Source: Alphaproteobacteria bacterium
GTDB lineage: Bacteria > Pseudomonadota > Alphaproteobacteria > Caulobacterales > Aquidulcibacteraceae
Reading direction: 5' to 3'
NCBI GenBank assembly: GCA_027484265.1
Contig: JAIXTH010000233.1
Span: forward strand, 1 to 44,632
Length of the DNA: 44,632 bases
Position numbers and translations under genes: made by a program. This document shows positions 8,372 through 16,903 of the stretch, piece after piece (the first letter of the stretch is position 1; every line of letters begins with the position of its first letter). Below the pieces are notes generated by a model. It was not told where the DNA came from and searched no databases. It was given only the letters and a program-made list of their open reading frames with translations.

Positions 8372-9355
8372 CTAGCGCGCGGTGGCAGGGGGCGTGGCAG
8401 GGGGTGTAGCAGGGGGCGTAGCCGCTGCGGGTGCAGCTGCAGGCTCGGCGGCCTGCGCACCCATCAGGCCGGACTTGCCGGTGGGTGGCTCCGGTTCGGG
8501 GGGTGGCGGGCGCGGCGCGGCCGGCGGCGGCTCGGCGAAGGCGATTACGGCGGTCAGCTCGCCCCGGGGCGGATTGCGCCGCACGGTCTCGAACGGATGC
8601 AGCTGGCCGGGCTCCAGCACCGTGATGCCAGGGTCCACCATCCAGCTGGCCTTTTCCTTGCCGTCGCTGCCCACCAGCGCGACCTTGAGATACGGCACAG
8701 CCACCCGCTCGCGCGCCACCGACCGCAGCACCCCGCCCACCACGATGCGCGGTCCGCGTGCATCCACGCCGTCGCGCACCTGGATCCGGCCGATGTCGAT
8801 GCCATACAGATTGGCGGGCAGCCCGATGAAGGCATAGAGCGAGGCGCTCTGCGGCCAGGCCTTCACCACATCGGCCCGGTAGTGGATCCCGGCCCAGGCC
8901 CCGCCGGCCCCCAGTCCCAGGGTGACCAACCAGGCAGTGGCTGCCGCCAGCCGGTGTACCAGCTGGATGCGGCCATGCACTTTCTGGCGGGCGGCCACCG
9001 CTACAGGCGGCGGCTGTTTGCGGCGCGGGGCCGCGCGCCGCTCGCCCTTGGGCTTGAATGGCCAGAGGGCTGCCAGCGACAGCTTGCGCCGGTCCTTGCG
9101 GCCACGCCGGTCAAGGACAATGTCGTCGCCCCCTGCGCCAGGCCGGGTTTCCTCGGCGGGCTGCGCGGCTGCGGTCTGGGCTGCGGGGGCCGCTGTACCT
9201 GCCCCACTCTCGCCACCAGCGGCGCGCACGTCAGGCGCGGCCTCCTGGTGCCAGGAATGACCGCATGCAGCACAACGGACCTTGCGCCCTTGCGCAGGGA
9301 TCGCGGTATCGGCCAGTTTGTACTTGGCCGAGCAGGCGGGACAGGTCAGAATCAT
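8372..9355 (-). CDS. MJ0042-type zinc-ribbon domain-containing membrane protein (DUF3426-like C-terminal part)
   Basis: The N-terminus MILTCPACSAKYKLADTAIPAQGRKVRCAACGHSW has the CPxC...CxxC zinc ribbon. It is followed by a Pro/Ala-rich linker, one TM helix and a C-terminal beta domain, and ends in ATPP repeats. It is divergent from ftsE. Confidence 0.8.
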   Translation of the reverse strand: MILTCPACSAKYKLADTAIPAQGRKVRCAACGHSWHQEAAPDVRAAGGESGAGTAAPAAQTAAAQPAEETRPGAGGDDIVLDRRGRKDRRKLSLAALWPFKPKGERRAAPRRKQPPPVAVAARQKVHGRIQLVHRLAAATAWLVTLGLGAGGAWAGIHYRADVVKAWPQSASLYAFIGLPANLYGIDIGRIQVRDGVDARGPRIVVGGVLRSVARERVAVPYLKVALVGSDGKEKASWMVDPGITVLEPGQLHPFETVRRNPPRGELTAVIAFAEPPPAAPRPPPPEPEPPTGKSGLMGAQAAEPAAAPAAATPPATPPATPPATAR

Positions 9356-9424
9356 GGCACCGGTTCATTGGCCAGACACAATGTCGCCCAGAGCTAGGGG
9401 CTTATTCGCCCTCGGAGTCCACCC

Positions 9425-10135
9425 GTGAACCCTGCCACCCTTGATCCCATTCCAGAGACGGACGGCCCGATCGTGCGTTTCGACCGGGTCGGGTTCGCCT
9501 ATGGCAACGCCAATCCGGCCCTGCGCGACGTGTCGCTGACGCTGGAGCGCGGCGGCTTCTATTTCCTCACCGGACCCTCCGGCGCGGGCAAGAGCACGCT
9601 GCTCAAGCTGATGTATCTGGCGCTGCTGCCGACGCGCGGCTCGCTCAAGCTGTTTGATGTGGATGTGGGAGCTGCGGGGCGCGACGTGCTGCCGCTGCTA
9701 CGGCGCAAGATCGGGGTGGTGTTCCAGGACTTCCGGCTGCTGCCGCACCTGACGGTGTTCGACAATCTGTCGATCCCGTTCCGGGTCCGGGGCATGGGCT
9801 ATGAGGAATATGCCGAGGATGTCGAGGAACTGCTCAAGTGGGTGGGCCTGGGGGAGCGGATGGATGCCCTGCCCGAAACCCTGTCCGGCGGCGAGCAGCA
9901 GCGGGTGGCGATCGCGCGGGCGGTGGTGGGCAAGCCGTCGCTGCTGATCGCCGACGAGCCGACCGGCAACGTCGACCCCGTCATGGGCGCGCGCCTGATC
10001 AAGCTGTTCGTCGAGCTGAACCGGTTCGGCACCACGGTGGTGATCGCCACCCACGACCAGGAGCTGGTGCGCCGCGCCGGGGTGCCGGTGTTCCGGATCG
10101 AGAATGGCCAGGTCACCCGGGGCATGGCGCCATGA
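9425..10135 (+). CDS. ftsE: Cell division ATP-binding protein FtsE
   Basis: 236 aa with a GTG start. It has Walker A (GPSGAGKST), the ABC signature (LSGGEQQRV) and Walker B (LLIADEP). It is followed by an FtsX-like permease with an ATGA overlap. Confidence 0.92.
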   Translation: MNPATLDPIPETDGPIVRFDRVGFAYGNANPALRDVSLTLERGGFYFLTGPSGAGKSTLLKLMYLALLPTRGSLKLFDVDVGAAGRDVLPLLRRKIGVVFQDFRLLPHLTVFDNLSIPFRVRGMGYEEYAEDVEELLKWVGLGERMDALPETLSGGEQQRVAIARAVVGKPSLLIADEPTGNVDPVMGARLIKLFVELNRFGTTVVIATHDQELVRRAGVPVFRIENGQVTRGMAP

Positions 10136-11049
10136 ACCCGCTGCTGGACCTCCTCGCGCGGATCAAGCGCTTCCTCGGCATCGGCGAGACCGCGCTTCTG
10201 CCAGCCGACCGGCGTCAGGCGCGGCCCCTGATGATCGTGGTGGCGATCATGTGCGCGCTCGGCTGCCTCGCGGGCCTGATCGCCCGGGCGGGCTTCCGCG
10301 CCGCCGACACCTGGACCAGCGACCTGCGCAGCGCCATGACGGTCCTGGTTGAAGAGCCGCGCACCGATCAGGACCTGATCCGCGCCGCCACCGTGATCCG
10401 CGCTGTTCCCGGCGTCACCCAGGCCGAGCCCATGACCCGCCAGCGGGCCAAGGACCTGCTGGAGAGCGTCGGCAGCGATATCGGTCCGCTGCTCGACGAA
10501 CTGGATGTGCCGCGCCTGATCGAAGTGGGGGTCGACCCGCAGGCCGAGGGCCTGAAAGCCCGCATTGCCGAGCAGCTGGAGACAGCTGGATTCCAGGCGG
10601 AAGTGGATGATCACAGCCGCTATTCCGGCGAGATCCTGCGGACATCCGGTGTGTTGCGCGGCTTTGCCCTGGTGGCGCTGGTGGCTCTGCTCGGGGCGGC
10701 GGGGGCCTCGATTGCCTTCGCGGCCCGGGCTGCACTGGAGACCCGGCGCGAGGCGGTGGAAATCCTGCATCTGGTGGGCGCACAGGATGCGTTCGTCGCG
10801 GCCGAGGTCCAGGCCCGGTTCCTGCGGCTGGGCTTTGTATCGGGCCTCGCCGGGGCAGCTGTGGCTGGCCTGCTGGTTGTCGGCGGCCTCGCGGTCATGA
10901 GCGCAGGTGCCACGGGTCTTACCCAGGGCGGTGTGTTGATCCAGTGGAGTGATGTGTGGATCCTGCTGCTGGCGCCAGTGGTGACTGCGGCTGCCAGCGC
11001 GCTCGCGGCCTGGATCGCCGCCCGCGAGACCCTGCGGGAGCTCGTGTGA
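10132..11049 (+). CDS. ftsX: Cell division permease-like protein FtsX
   Basis: The ATG at 10132 overlaps the ftsE stop (ATGA). 305 aa with an N-terminal TM helix, a periplasmic domain and three C-terminal TM helices (the FtsX layout). The track ORF start at 9838 overlaps ftsE and is an artefact. Confidence 0.85.
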   Translation: MNPLLDLLARIKRFLGIGETALLPADRRQARPLMIVVAIMCALGCLAGLIARAGFRAADTWTSDLRSAMTVLVEEPRTDQDLIRAATVIRAVPGVTQAEPMTRQRAKDLLESVGSDIGPLLDELDVPRLIEVGVDPQAEGLKARIAEQLETAGFQAEVDDHSRYSGEILRTSGVLRGFALVALVALLGAAGASIAFAARAALETRREAVEILHLVGAQDAFVAAEVQARFLRLGFVSGLAGAAVAGLLVVGGLAVMSAGATGLTQGGVLIQWSDVWILLLAPVVTAAASALAAWIAARETLRELV

Positions 11050-11052
11050 GGG

Positions 11053-11697
11053 ATGAAGCGCCGGATCGGCCTCTCCACCTGGATCTCCCGCGCCATCATG
11101 GCGGCTGCCCTGGCGGGCGCGGTGGCGTTCTTCGTCGGCTTCAACCGCTATGCCCATGAAGCCCTGACGGGCCCGCTCGGCCCGCCGGAGGTGGAGGCCG
11201 AGGCTGCGGTGGTGCTCACGGGCCGGTCCGATGCGCGGCTGCGCACCGGCGTGGCGCTGGTCGAGCGCGGGCAGGTGGGGCGACTGCTGATCTCGGGCGT
11301 CTATCGGGCCGCCACCGCCCCGGAGGTGCAGGCTGTATCTGGCGGCAGTGACCGCGTGTTCGCCTGCTGCATCGATCTGGGCAAGCAGGCCGACAGCACC
11401 ATCGGCAACGCCCTCGAGGTCGAGGACTGGGTGGCGCGACATGGTGTCCGGCGCCTGGTGCTGGTGACCGAGACCTACCACATGCCGCGGGCGCTGCTGG
11501 AAGTGCGCCGCGCTATACCCGGCGTGCAGGTAATCCCCTATGGCATCCGGGAGGCGCCCTATGATGTGCCGGACGCCTGGTCCAGCCAGCGGGTCCTGCG
11601 GGGGCTGCTGCTGGAATACACAAAGTATCTCCTGGTGCATGCCCGCGTTGTCCTGCGCCTGCCCGAGGAGCTGATGAGCGAGCGGAGCCCTGCGTGA
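11053..11697 (+). CDS. YdcF family protein (DUF218 domain)
   Basis: 214 aa with an N-terminal TM helix and then DUF218-type motifs (VVLTG...R...G..L......LLISG; LVTETYHMPRA). Confidence 0.8.
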   Translation: MKRRIGLSTWISRAIMAAALAGAVAFFVGFNRYAHEALTGPLGPPEVEAEAAVVLTGRSDARLRTGVALVERGQVGRLLISGVYRAATAPEVQAVSGGSDRVFACCIDLGKQADSTIGNALEVEDWVARHGVRRLVLVTETYHMPRALLEVRRAIPGVQVIPYGIREAPYDVPDAWSSQRVLRGLLLEYTKYLLVHARVVLRLPEELMSERSPA

Positions 11698-12416
11698 GAC
11701 TGATCCGGTCCCTGTTGTTTGTCGTGTGGCTGTATGGGTCGATCTTCGTGACGGGCCTGATTGGCATGCCGGCAGCCGTATTCAGCCGGAAGGCTGCGCA
11801 GGCAGTGTGTCCGATGTGGGCGCGGATCGTGATGTTCGGCGCGCGCTGGATCATGGGCATCCGCTGGCAGCTGCGGCATGGCGAGCGCTTCCCGGACAAG
11901 CCGGTGCTGATCGCGATGAAGCACCACAGCATGATGGATACCATCGTGCCGTTCCTGTTCATCAAGCCGGTTCCCTGCTTTGTGCTCAAGCAGGAGCTGC
12001 TGCAGATGCCGGTGTTTGGCTGGTATGCGCGCCGGGCCGGGATGATCGCCATCGACCGCGACGGTCACATGAAGGCGCTCAAGCAGATGGTGGCCGAGGC
12101 CAGGGAACAACTGGCGGCTGGCCGCTCGATCATCATTTTCCCGGAGGGCACGCGCCAGGACCTGGATGCCGCCCCCGACTACAAGCCAGGCGTGGCGGCG
12201 ATCTATGGCCTGCTGGGCGTGGACTGTGTGCCGGTGGCGCTCGATACCGGCACGGTGTGGCCCGCCCATGGTGTGCTGCGGCAGCCGGGACTGGCCACGT
12301 TCGACGTGCTCGATCCGATCGAGGCCGGCCTCAAGCGCGGCCCCTTCATGGAGCAGCTCGAGGCCAGGATCGAGCAGGGCACCCGTGCGCTGCTGCTGGC
12401 GAAGGGTGCGGGCTGA
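11694..12416 (+). CDS. Lysophospholipid (1-acyl-sn-glycerol-3-phosphate) acyltransferase
   Basis: The GTG at 11694 overlaps the previous stop (GTGA). It has the HX4D motif (KHHSMMD) and the FPEGTR motif of PlsC-type acyltransferases. Confidence 0.85.
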   Translation: MRLIRSLLFVVWLYGSIFVTGLIGMPAAVFSRKAAQAVCPMWARIVMFGARWIMGIRWQLRHGERFPDKPVLIAMKHHSMMDTIVPFLFIKPVPCFVLKQELLQMPVFGWYARRAGMIAIDRDGHMKALKQMVAEAREQLAAGRSIIIFPEGTRQDLDAAPDYKPGVAAIYGLLGVDCVPVALDTGTVWPAHGVLRQPGLATFDVLDPIEAGLKRGPFMEQLEARIEQGTRALLLAKGAG

Positions 12417-12419
12417 ACC

Positions 12420-13361
12420 ATGGCAGGCAGCAGCATGCAGCAGGGCAGGGGGCCAGGCAGGGTCCAGGGCTGGATCGTCTGGGCCTGGGTGATCGCCGTG
12501 GTGCTGTCAGGCGCCTATACGGCGTGGTGGTTCATGCTGGCGCGCGAGATCGAGCAGCGCGCCGCGGCCGCGCTGGAGGGGCGTGCGAGCTGGGCGGAGC
12601 TGTCGGTTTCCGGCTGGCCCTACCGTTTGACCGTGGCGGCTACCAGTCTGATCGCCCCGCTGCCGGGCGGTGGCCAGCTGAGCGCGGACCGGTTTGCGGT
12701 CACCACCACCCCTTTCAATCCGCGGCTCTGGGTGCTGGACCGGGCCGACGGCCTGCGGGTGCGGATCGGCGACGGCCCCGCCCGCCGGGTCGAGGCCCGG
12801 CTGCTGGCGGGCAGTGTGCGGGTGCGCGGCGATGGCGGGCTGGAGCGGTTCTCGGTGCAGGCTGGCGGCCTGTCGGCTGCGGCCAACGGGCCGGACGATC
12901 GTGGCTGGGATCTCGATCAGGGCGAACTGCACCTTGTGCACGACCCGCGCAACCCGGAGCGCTTTGCCTTCATGGCCGACCTCAGACAGCTGCGTCTGAC
13001 GCAGTCGCTGGCCGGGCCCGGTGCCATTCTGGGCGACACCATCACCCACGCCCGCGTGGCCGGCCCCCTCAATGAAGCCGACGCGCTTGCACAGTCTGTC
13101 GACCGCTGGCGGGCCGCCGGCGGGCGTTTCGAATTGATGGCGGGCGAGTTGATCTGGGGCCCGCTGAGCTTCTCGGAGCTCAAGGGAGGGATTGGCCTGG
13201 ACGCTGATGGACGTGCCGAAGGCGAGATTGCCGGCGTGGGCGCCCTCCGGCCCGAAGGGATGCAGGTCGATGCACTGTCGGCACCGGTCTCGGCGCGTCT
13301 ACGTGGTGGAAACCTTGAAGTCTTCGGCTTGTCGATTGGGCTGGTTCCCGCATTACGCTGA
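12420..13361 (+). CDS. DUF2125-like membrane-anchored protein
   Basis: 313 aa. It starts 4 nt after the plsC-like stop and has an N-terminal TM helix (WIVWAWVIAVVLSGAYTAWWF). The family call is from memory of the conserved position after plsC in Alphaproteobacteria. Confidence 0.6.
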   Translation: MAGSSMQQGRGPGRVQGWIVWAWVIAVVLSGAYTAWWFMLAREIEQRAAAALEGRASWAELSVSGWPYRLTVAATSLIAPLPGGGQLSADRFAVTTTPFNPRLWVLDRADGLRVRIGDGPARRVEARLLAGSVRVRGDGGLERFSVQAGGLSAAANGPDDRGWDLDQGELHLVHDPRNPERFAFMADLRQLRLTQSLAGPGAILGDTITHARVAGPLNEADALAQSVDRWRAAGGRFELMAGELIWGPLSFSELKGGIGLDADGRAEGEIAGVGALRPEGMQVDALSAPVSARLRGGNLEVFGLSIGLVPALR

Positions 13362-13400
13362 GACCGCCCAGTACCTCGTCGTTCTGTTCTGGAGGCACTT

Positions 13401-14477
13401 TTGTCGAAGCATCCGCTGTTCACGCCCCTGGCCCTGAAGCGGGGTCCAGCCTGGCCCCACCGCGTGGCCCTGGCGCCCCTGACCAATCTGCAGAGCAATC
13501 CCGATGGTACCCTGTCGGATGACGAGTATCGGTGGCTGACCAAGCGGGCGGAAGGTGGCTTTGCGCTGACCATGACCTGCGCGGCGCATGTGCAGCCCAT
13601 CGGTCAGGGCTTTCCCGGACAGCTGGGGATTTTCGATGATGCCCAGCTGCCGGGCCTCACGCGGCTGGCAGCCGCGATCAAGGCGGCGGGCAGTGTGTCC
13701 TCGGTCCAGCTGCACCACGCCGGCGCCCGCACCACTGCCGACCTGATCGGCGAGCAGCCGGTCAGCGCCTCCGACACCGAGGGCGCCCGGGCGCTGAAGG
13801 GCGAAGAGGTCGAGGGGCTGGTGGAGGCCTTCGTGACCGGTGCCCGCCGGGCCGAGCTGGCCGGGTTCGACGGCGTCGAGGTGCACGGCGCCCACGGCTA
13901 TATTCTCACCCAGTTCCTCAGCCCCGAGACCAACCAGCGCCAGGATGACTGGGGCGGCGGTGCTGCCGGGCGCAGCCGCCTGCTGCGCGAGGTTCTGACC
14001 GGGATCCGCAAGGCCTGCCGTCCGGACTTCCAGGTCGGGCTGCGCCTCTCGCCCGAGCGGTTCGGGCTCGAGACCAGCGAAGCGATGGAGCTGGCCGAGG
14101 AGGTGATGAACTCGGGTCTGATCGACTATCTCGACATGTCGATGTGGAACTATTCCAAGCCGGCACAGGATCCGTCCCTGGGCGGGGCCTCGCTGCTCGA
14201 CCTGTTCGCCCGCCTGCCGCGCGGCGGAACCCGGCTCGGGGTGGCCGGGCATGTGCGCAGTACCGCAGATGCCCGGCGCTGCATCGATGGCGGCGCCGAT
14301 TTCGTGATGGCGGGGCGGGCGGCGATCATCCACCACGACCTGCCGCGCCGGTTCCAGGCCGACCCGGACTTCACCCACGCCCCCCTGCCGGTCAGCGCCG
14401 CGCATCTGGCGGCAGAGGGCCTTGGGCCGAGCTTCATCGACTATATGCGCACCTGGCCCGGATTCGTGGCACCCTGA
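13401..14477 (+). CDS. NADH:flavin oxidoreductase / NADH oxidase (Old Yellow Enzyme family)
   Basis: TTG start with GGAGG 6 nt upstream. OYE-type motifs are present (LAPLTN..., QLHHAG, GFDGVEVHGAHGYIL.QFLSP..N.R.D.WGG). Confidence 0.88.
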   Translation: MSKHPLFTPLALKRGPAWPHRVALAPLTNLQSNPDGTLSDDEYRWLTKRAEGGFALTMTCAAHVQPIGQGFPGQLGIFDDAQLPGLTRLAAAIKAAGSVSSVQLHHAGARTTADLIGEQPVSASDTEGARALKGEEVEGLVEAFVTGARRAELAGFDGVEVHGAHGYILTQFLSPETNQRQDDWGGGAAGRSRLLREVLTGIRKACRPDFQVGLRLSPERFGLETSEAMELAEEVMNSGLIDYLDMSMWNYSKPAQDPSLGGASLLDLFARLPRGGTRLGVAGHVRSTADARRCIDGGADFVMAGRAAIIHHDLPRRFQADPDFTHAPLPVSAAHLAAEGLGPSFIDYMRTWPGFVAP

Positions 14478-14489
14478 CCGGGCGCCAGG

Positions 14490-15125
14490 TCAGCGCCGGG
14501 GGATCGTGACCCGGCGCAGGGTGAGGTTGATCCGCTCCACACCCGGCAGTGCGCGGCTGACCAGCTGCGAGGTGCCGGGGCGGATGCGGTCGATGCCGTG
14601 ATGGCAGCTGCGGGCGGCGCCTGCCAGCACCAGCACATCGCCACTGCGCAGCGGCAGCGATGCGGTCGGATCGTTCCGCTGCGGACCACCGACCCGGAAC
14701 AGCGCGGTTGCGCCCAGCGATACCGACAGGACCGGCGCCGCCAGCGCCTCTTCATCGGCATCCACATGCAGGCCCATCCTGGCTTCTGCCGTGTACAGAT
14801 TGATCAGGCAGGCCTCCGGCGGGTCGGGCCAGGCGCAGCTGCGCCGCCACAGCGCCATCAGGCTGTCCGGGATCGCGGGCCAGCGGGCGCCTGTCGCGGG
14901 GTGGTGAGGCTGATAGCGATACCCGCCCGCCCGGTCCGACACCCAGCCAAGCTTCCCGGCGTTGCTCATCCGTACACTGAGGGACTTCCCGGTCCGGGGC
15001 ATCTCCGGCTGGAACGGCGGTGCGGCCGCCAGACAGGCCAGAACCTCCGCCAGCAGCGCCTGTTGGCCGGCCCGGTCCAGTGCCTCCGGCAACAGCCGCA
15101 ACCCCTCCGGCAGGCGCGCAGCCAT
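14490..15125 (-). CDS. alkB: Alpha-ketoglutarate-dependent dioxygenase AlkB
   Basis: The Fe(II)/2OG motifs are present (INLY......GLHVDADE; the H.D triad, ...SCHHG..., NLTLRR). I trimmed the start to the ATG at 15123-15125 (MAARLPEGLRLLPEAL) so the gene does not overlap ymdB. Confidence 0.85.
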   Translation of the reverse strand: MAARLPEGLRLLPEALDRAGQQALLAEVLACLAAAPPFQPEMPRTGKSLSVRMSNAGKLGWVSDRAGGYRYQPHHPATGARWPAIPDSLMALWRRSCAWPDPPEACLINLYTAEARMGLHVDADEEALAAPVLSVSLGATALFRVGGPQRNDPTASLPLRSGDVLVLAGAARSCHHGIDRIRPGTSQLVSRALPGVERINLTLRRVTIPRR

Positions 15126-15136
15126 CGCCGCCTGCC

Positions 15137-15958
15137 TCAGCCGAACTCGGGAATATGCTCGGTGAGCCCGGTACCGATCCGGACCGGCTCGATCCGCTGG
15201 CACAGGCCATTGCCACCCAGCTCGACCACCACACCGCAGGCCATCCCCGGTCCGCTCGCGCTCTCCACCCGGGGCCCCGGCAGCCGGATCGACTGGCGGC
15301 GCACCGAGACGTCCTTCTTCATGCCGATCACGCTGTCATAGTCGCCGCACATGCCAAGGTCGGTGATGAAGCCGGTGCCGCCACCCAGGATCCGGGCATC
15401 GGCAGTCGGCACATGGGTATGGGTGCCCACCACCAGGCTGGCGCGTCCGTCGAGGAAATGGGCAATGCCCTGCTTCTCGCTGGTGGCTTCGGCATGCACG
15501 TCCACCACGATCGCATCGGCAGCCAGGCCCAGCGGGCAGGCCGACACCTCGCGCTCGACCGCCGAATAGGCGCAGTCGAGCGAATCCATGAACAGGCGTC
15601 CCATCACCGACACCACCAGAACCGTGCGATCGCGCAGCTGGAACAGGTTGGCGCCGCGGCCGGGGGCCTGGGTCAGGGGCGGATAATTGGCCGGGCGCAG
15701 CACACGCGGATCGCGGCTGATGAACGTCATGGCCTCGCGCTGGTCCCAGGAGTGGTTGCCGAGCGTCAGGCAGTCGGCACCGGACTGGAACAATTCGTTC
15801 GCCACGGCCTCGGTAATGCCAAAACCATTGTCGGCGGCATTCTCGGCATTCAGGATCACGAAATCCAGCTTGAGATCGACGCGAAGTCGCGGCAGCACCT
15901 CCGACAGGATCCGCCTGCCCGGCTTGCCAACGACGTCGCCAAAGAACGCTATGCGCAC
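15137..15958 (-). CDS. YmdB family metallophosphoesterase (TIGR00282)
   Basis: 273 aa. MRIAFFGDVVGKPGRR...NAENAA.G.GIT...GNH.WD...VD.HAEATSEK.A..H..DGR...VVGTHTHVPTAD are canonical YmdB motifs. Confidence 0.9.
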   Translation of the reverse strand: MRIAFFGDVVGKPGRRILSEVLPRLRVDLKLDFVILNAENAADNGFGITEAVANELFQSGADCLTLGNHSWDQREAMTFISRDPRVLRPANYPPLTQAPGRGANLFQLRDRTVLVVSVMGRLFMDSLDCAYSAVEREVSACPLGLAADAIVVDVHAEATSEKQGIAHFLDGRASLVVGTHTHVPTADARILGGGTGFITDLGMCGDYDSVIGMKKDVSVRRQSIRLPGPRVESASGPGMACGVVVELGGNGLCQRIEPVRIGTGLTEHIPEFG

Positions 15959-15970
15959 AAGGACTCCTGT

Positions 15971-16582
15971 TTACCGAGCCCGCCGACCGGTCGCGCGGTA
16001 TGCCGCCTTTTCGGTCACGATCCAATCCAGCAACTGATCGTGCGGCTCCAGCTCCAGCAGCTCCACCTCCTGCACGGCATAGGCCAGACCCACCGTCACG
16101 ACAGGTCCGTGCGCCCGAAGTGCTTGAATGCAAGCATCATAATGCCCCTGCCCCTGGCCCAGCCGCCCTCCGGTGCGGTCAAACCCCAGCAGGGGCACCA
16201 AAATCATCTGCGGCCACACGGCGGGCAAGGTTGATGGCGGCTCCGGCACCTTCCACGCCCCCGGCACGAACGGCCCGTCCACCGGGCATTCCTTGAAGAC
16301 CATCGGCCCGGCATCCGTGCCGGGCGAGGCAGCGGGAAATGCCGTGCGCCAGCCCCGTGCGGCCAGCCACCGCAACAGCGGCCGGGGGTCGATCTCGCTG
16401 CCCACCGGCACATAGCCGGCAACGCAGCCGAAACCGGCGGGCGGGCCGGTCAGGCTCTCTGGAAACAGGCGCACCAGCCTGGTCCCTGCGTCTGGCTGTT
16501 CGACTGCCTGCGCTTTCCGGGCGCGGCGCAGCTGTACGCGCAATCCTGCTTTGACAGAGTGGCTTGAGTTCGGTGCCTTCAC
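15971..16582 (-). CDS. 5-formyltetrahydrofolate cyclo-ligase
   Basis: The C-terminal motifs are typical (ILVPLLGFDRTGGRLGQGQGHYD; DQLLDWIVTE). I chose the GTG start at 16582 because GAGG lies 8 nt upstream. An in-frame ATG at 16606 is the alternative. The track ORF reaches 16822, which is an extension. Confidence 0.85.
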   Translation of the reverse strand: MKAPNSSHSVKAGLRVQLRRARKAQAVEQPDAGTRLVRLFPESLTGPPAGFGCVAGYVPVGSEIDPRPLLRWLAARGWRTAFPAASPGTDAGPMVFKECPVDGPFVPGAWKVPEPPSTLPAVWPQMILVPLLGFDRTGGRLGQGQGHYDACIQALRAHGPVVTVGLAYAVQEVELLELEPHDQLLDWIVTEKAAYRATGRRAR

Positions 16583-16599
16583 GTCGTTGGCCTCAATGG

Positions 16600-16790
16600 C
16601 ACACATGCCACGCTGGTGCGGACGGGATGCATTGCCTGGACAGAGTGGGGAGCGGTCTCGCAACAGAAGTCCGTGCCGGCTCGGGTCCCAACTGCGACTA
16701 TCGGAACTTCTGTGCCGTCTTCTTGATCGGAGCGTTCCCGCTGGCATCAAGAGGAGCTGAGACAGGCATCCCGTCGGGCATGGCAATCTG
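16600..16790 (-). ncRNA. Candidate 6S RNA (ssrS)-like structured RNA; boundaries approximate
   Basis: It lies immediately upstream of the cyclo-ligase gene on the same strand, which is the classic ssrS-ygfA synteny. On the minus strand, GACGGGATGC (16775-16766) pairs perfectly with GCATCCCGTC (16630-16621). An inner 10-bp stem forms from ACAGAAGTTC and GGACTTCTGT with one G-U pair. A local hairpin (CTTGAT..AGCG-ggaa-CGCT..ATCAAG) sits in the 5' arm. A possible CATGCC/GGCATG closing extension is also present. This was not verified against a covariance model. Confidence 0.35.
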
Positions 16791-16903
16791 CCGCAAGCCA
16801 ATCGCGTCGGTGAAACCGTCAACCATCCCGCGAGCAGGCTGGACCGGCATGGGAGGAAGAAAACGTCTCATGAGATGTCTTATACCCCAGTTCATACGGC
16901 AGG

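Noticed and set aside
16698-16895. A 66-aa ORF (MNWGIRHLMRRFLPPMPVQ...) immediately downstream of the GNAT-like gene, considered as a possible antitoxin-like partner.
   Set aside because: It has no SD, its composition is odd (Pro/Met/Arg-rich), and it shows no RHH or HTH pattern. It overlaps the strongly base-paired region better explained as a structured (6S-like) RNA. I mention it in the findings as the competing interpretation rather than calling it a gene.
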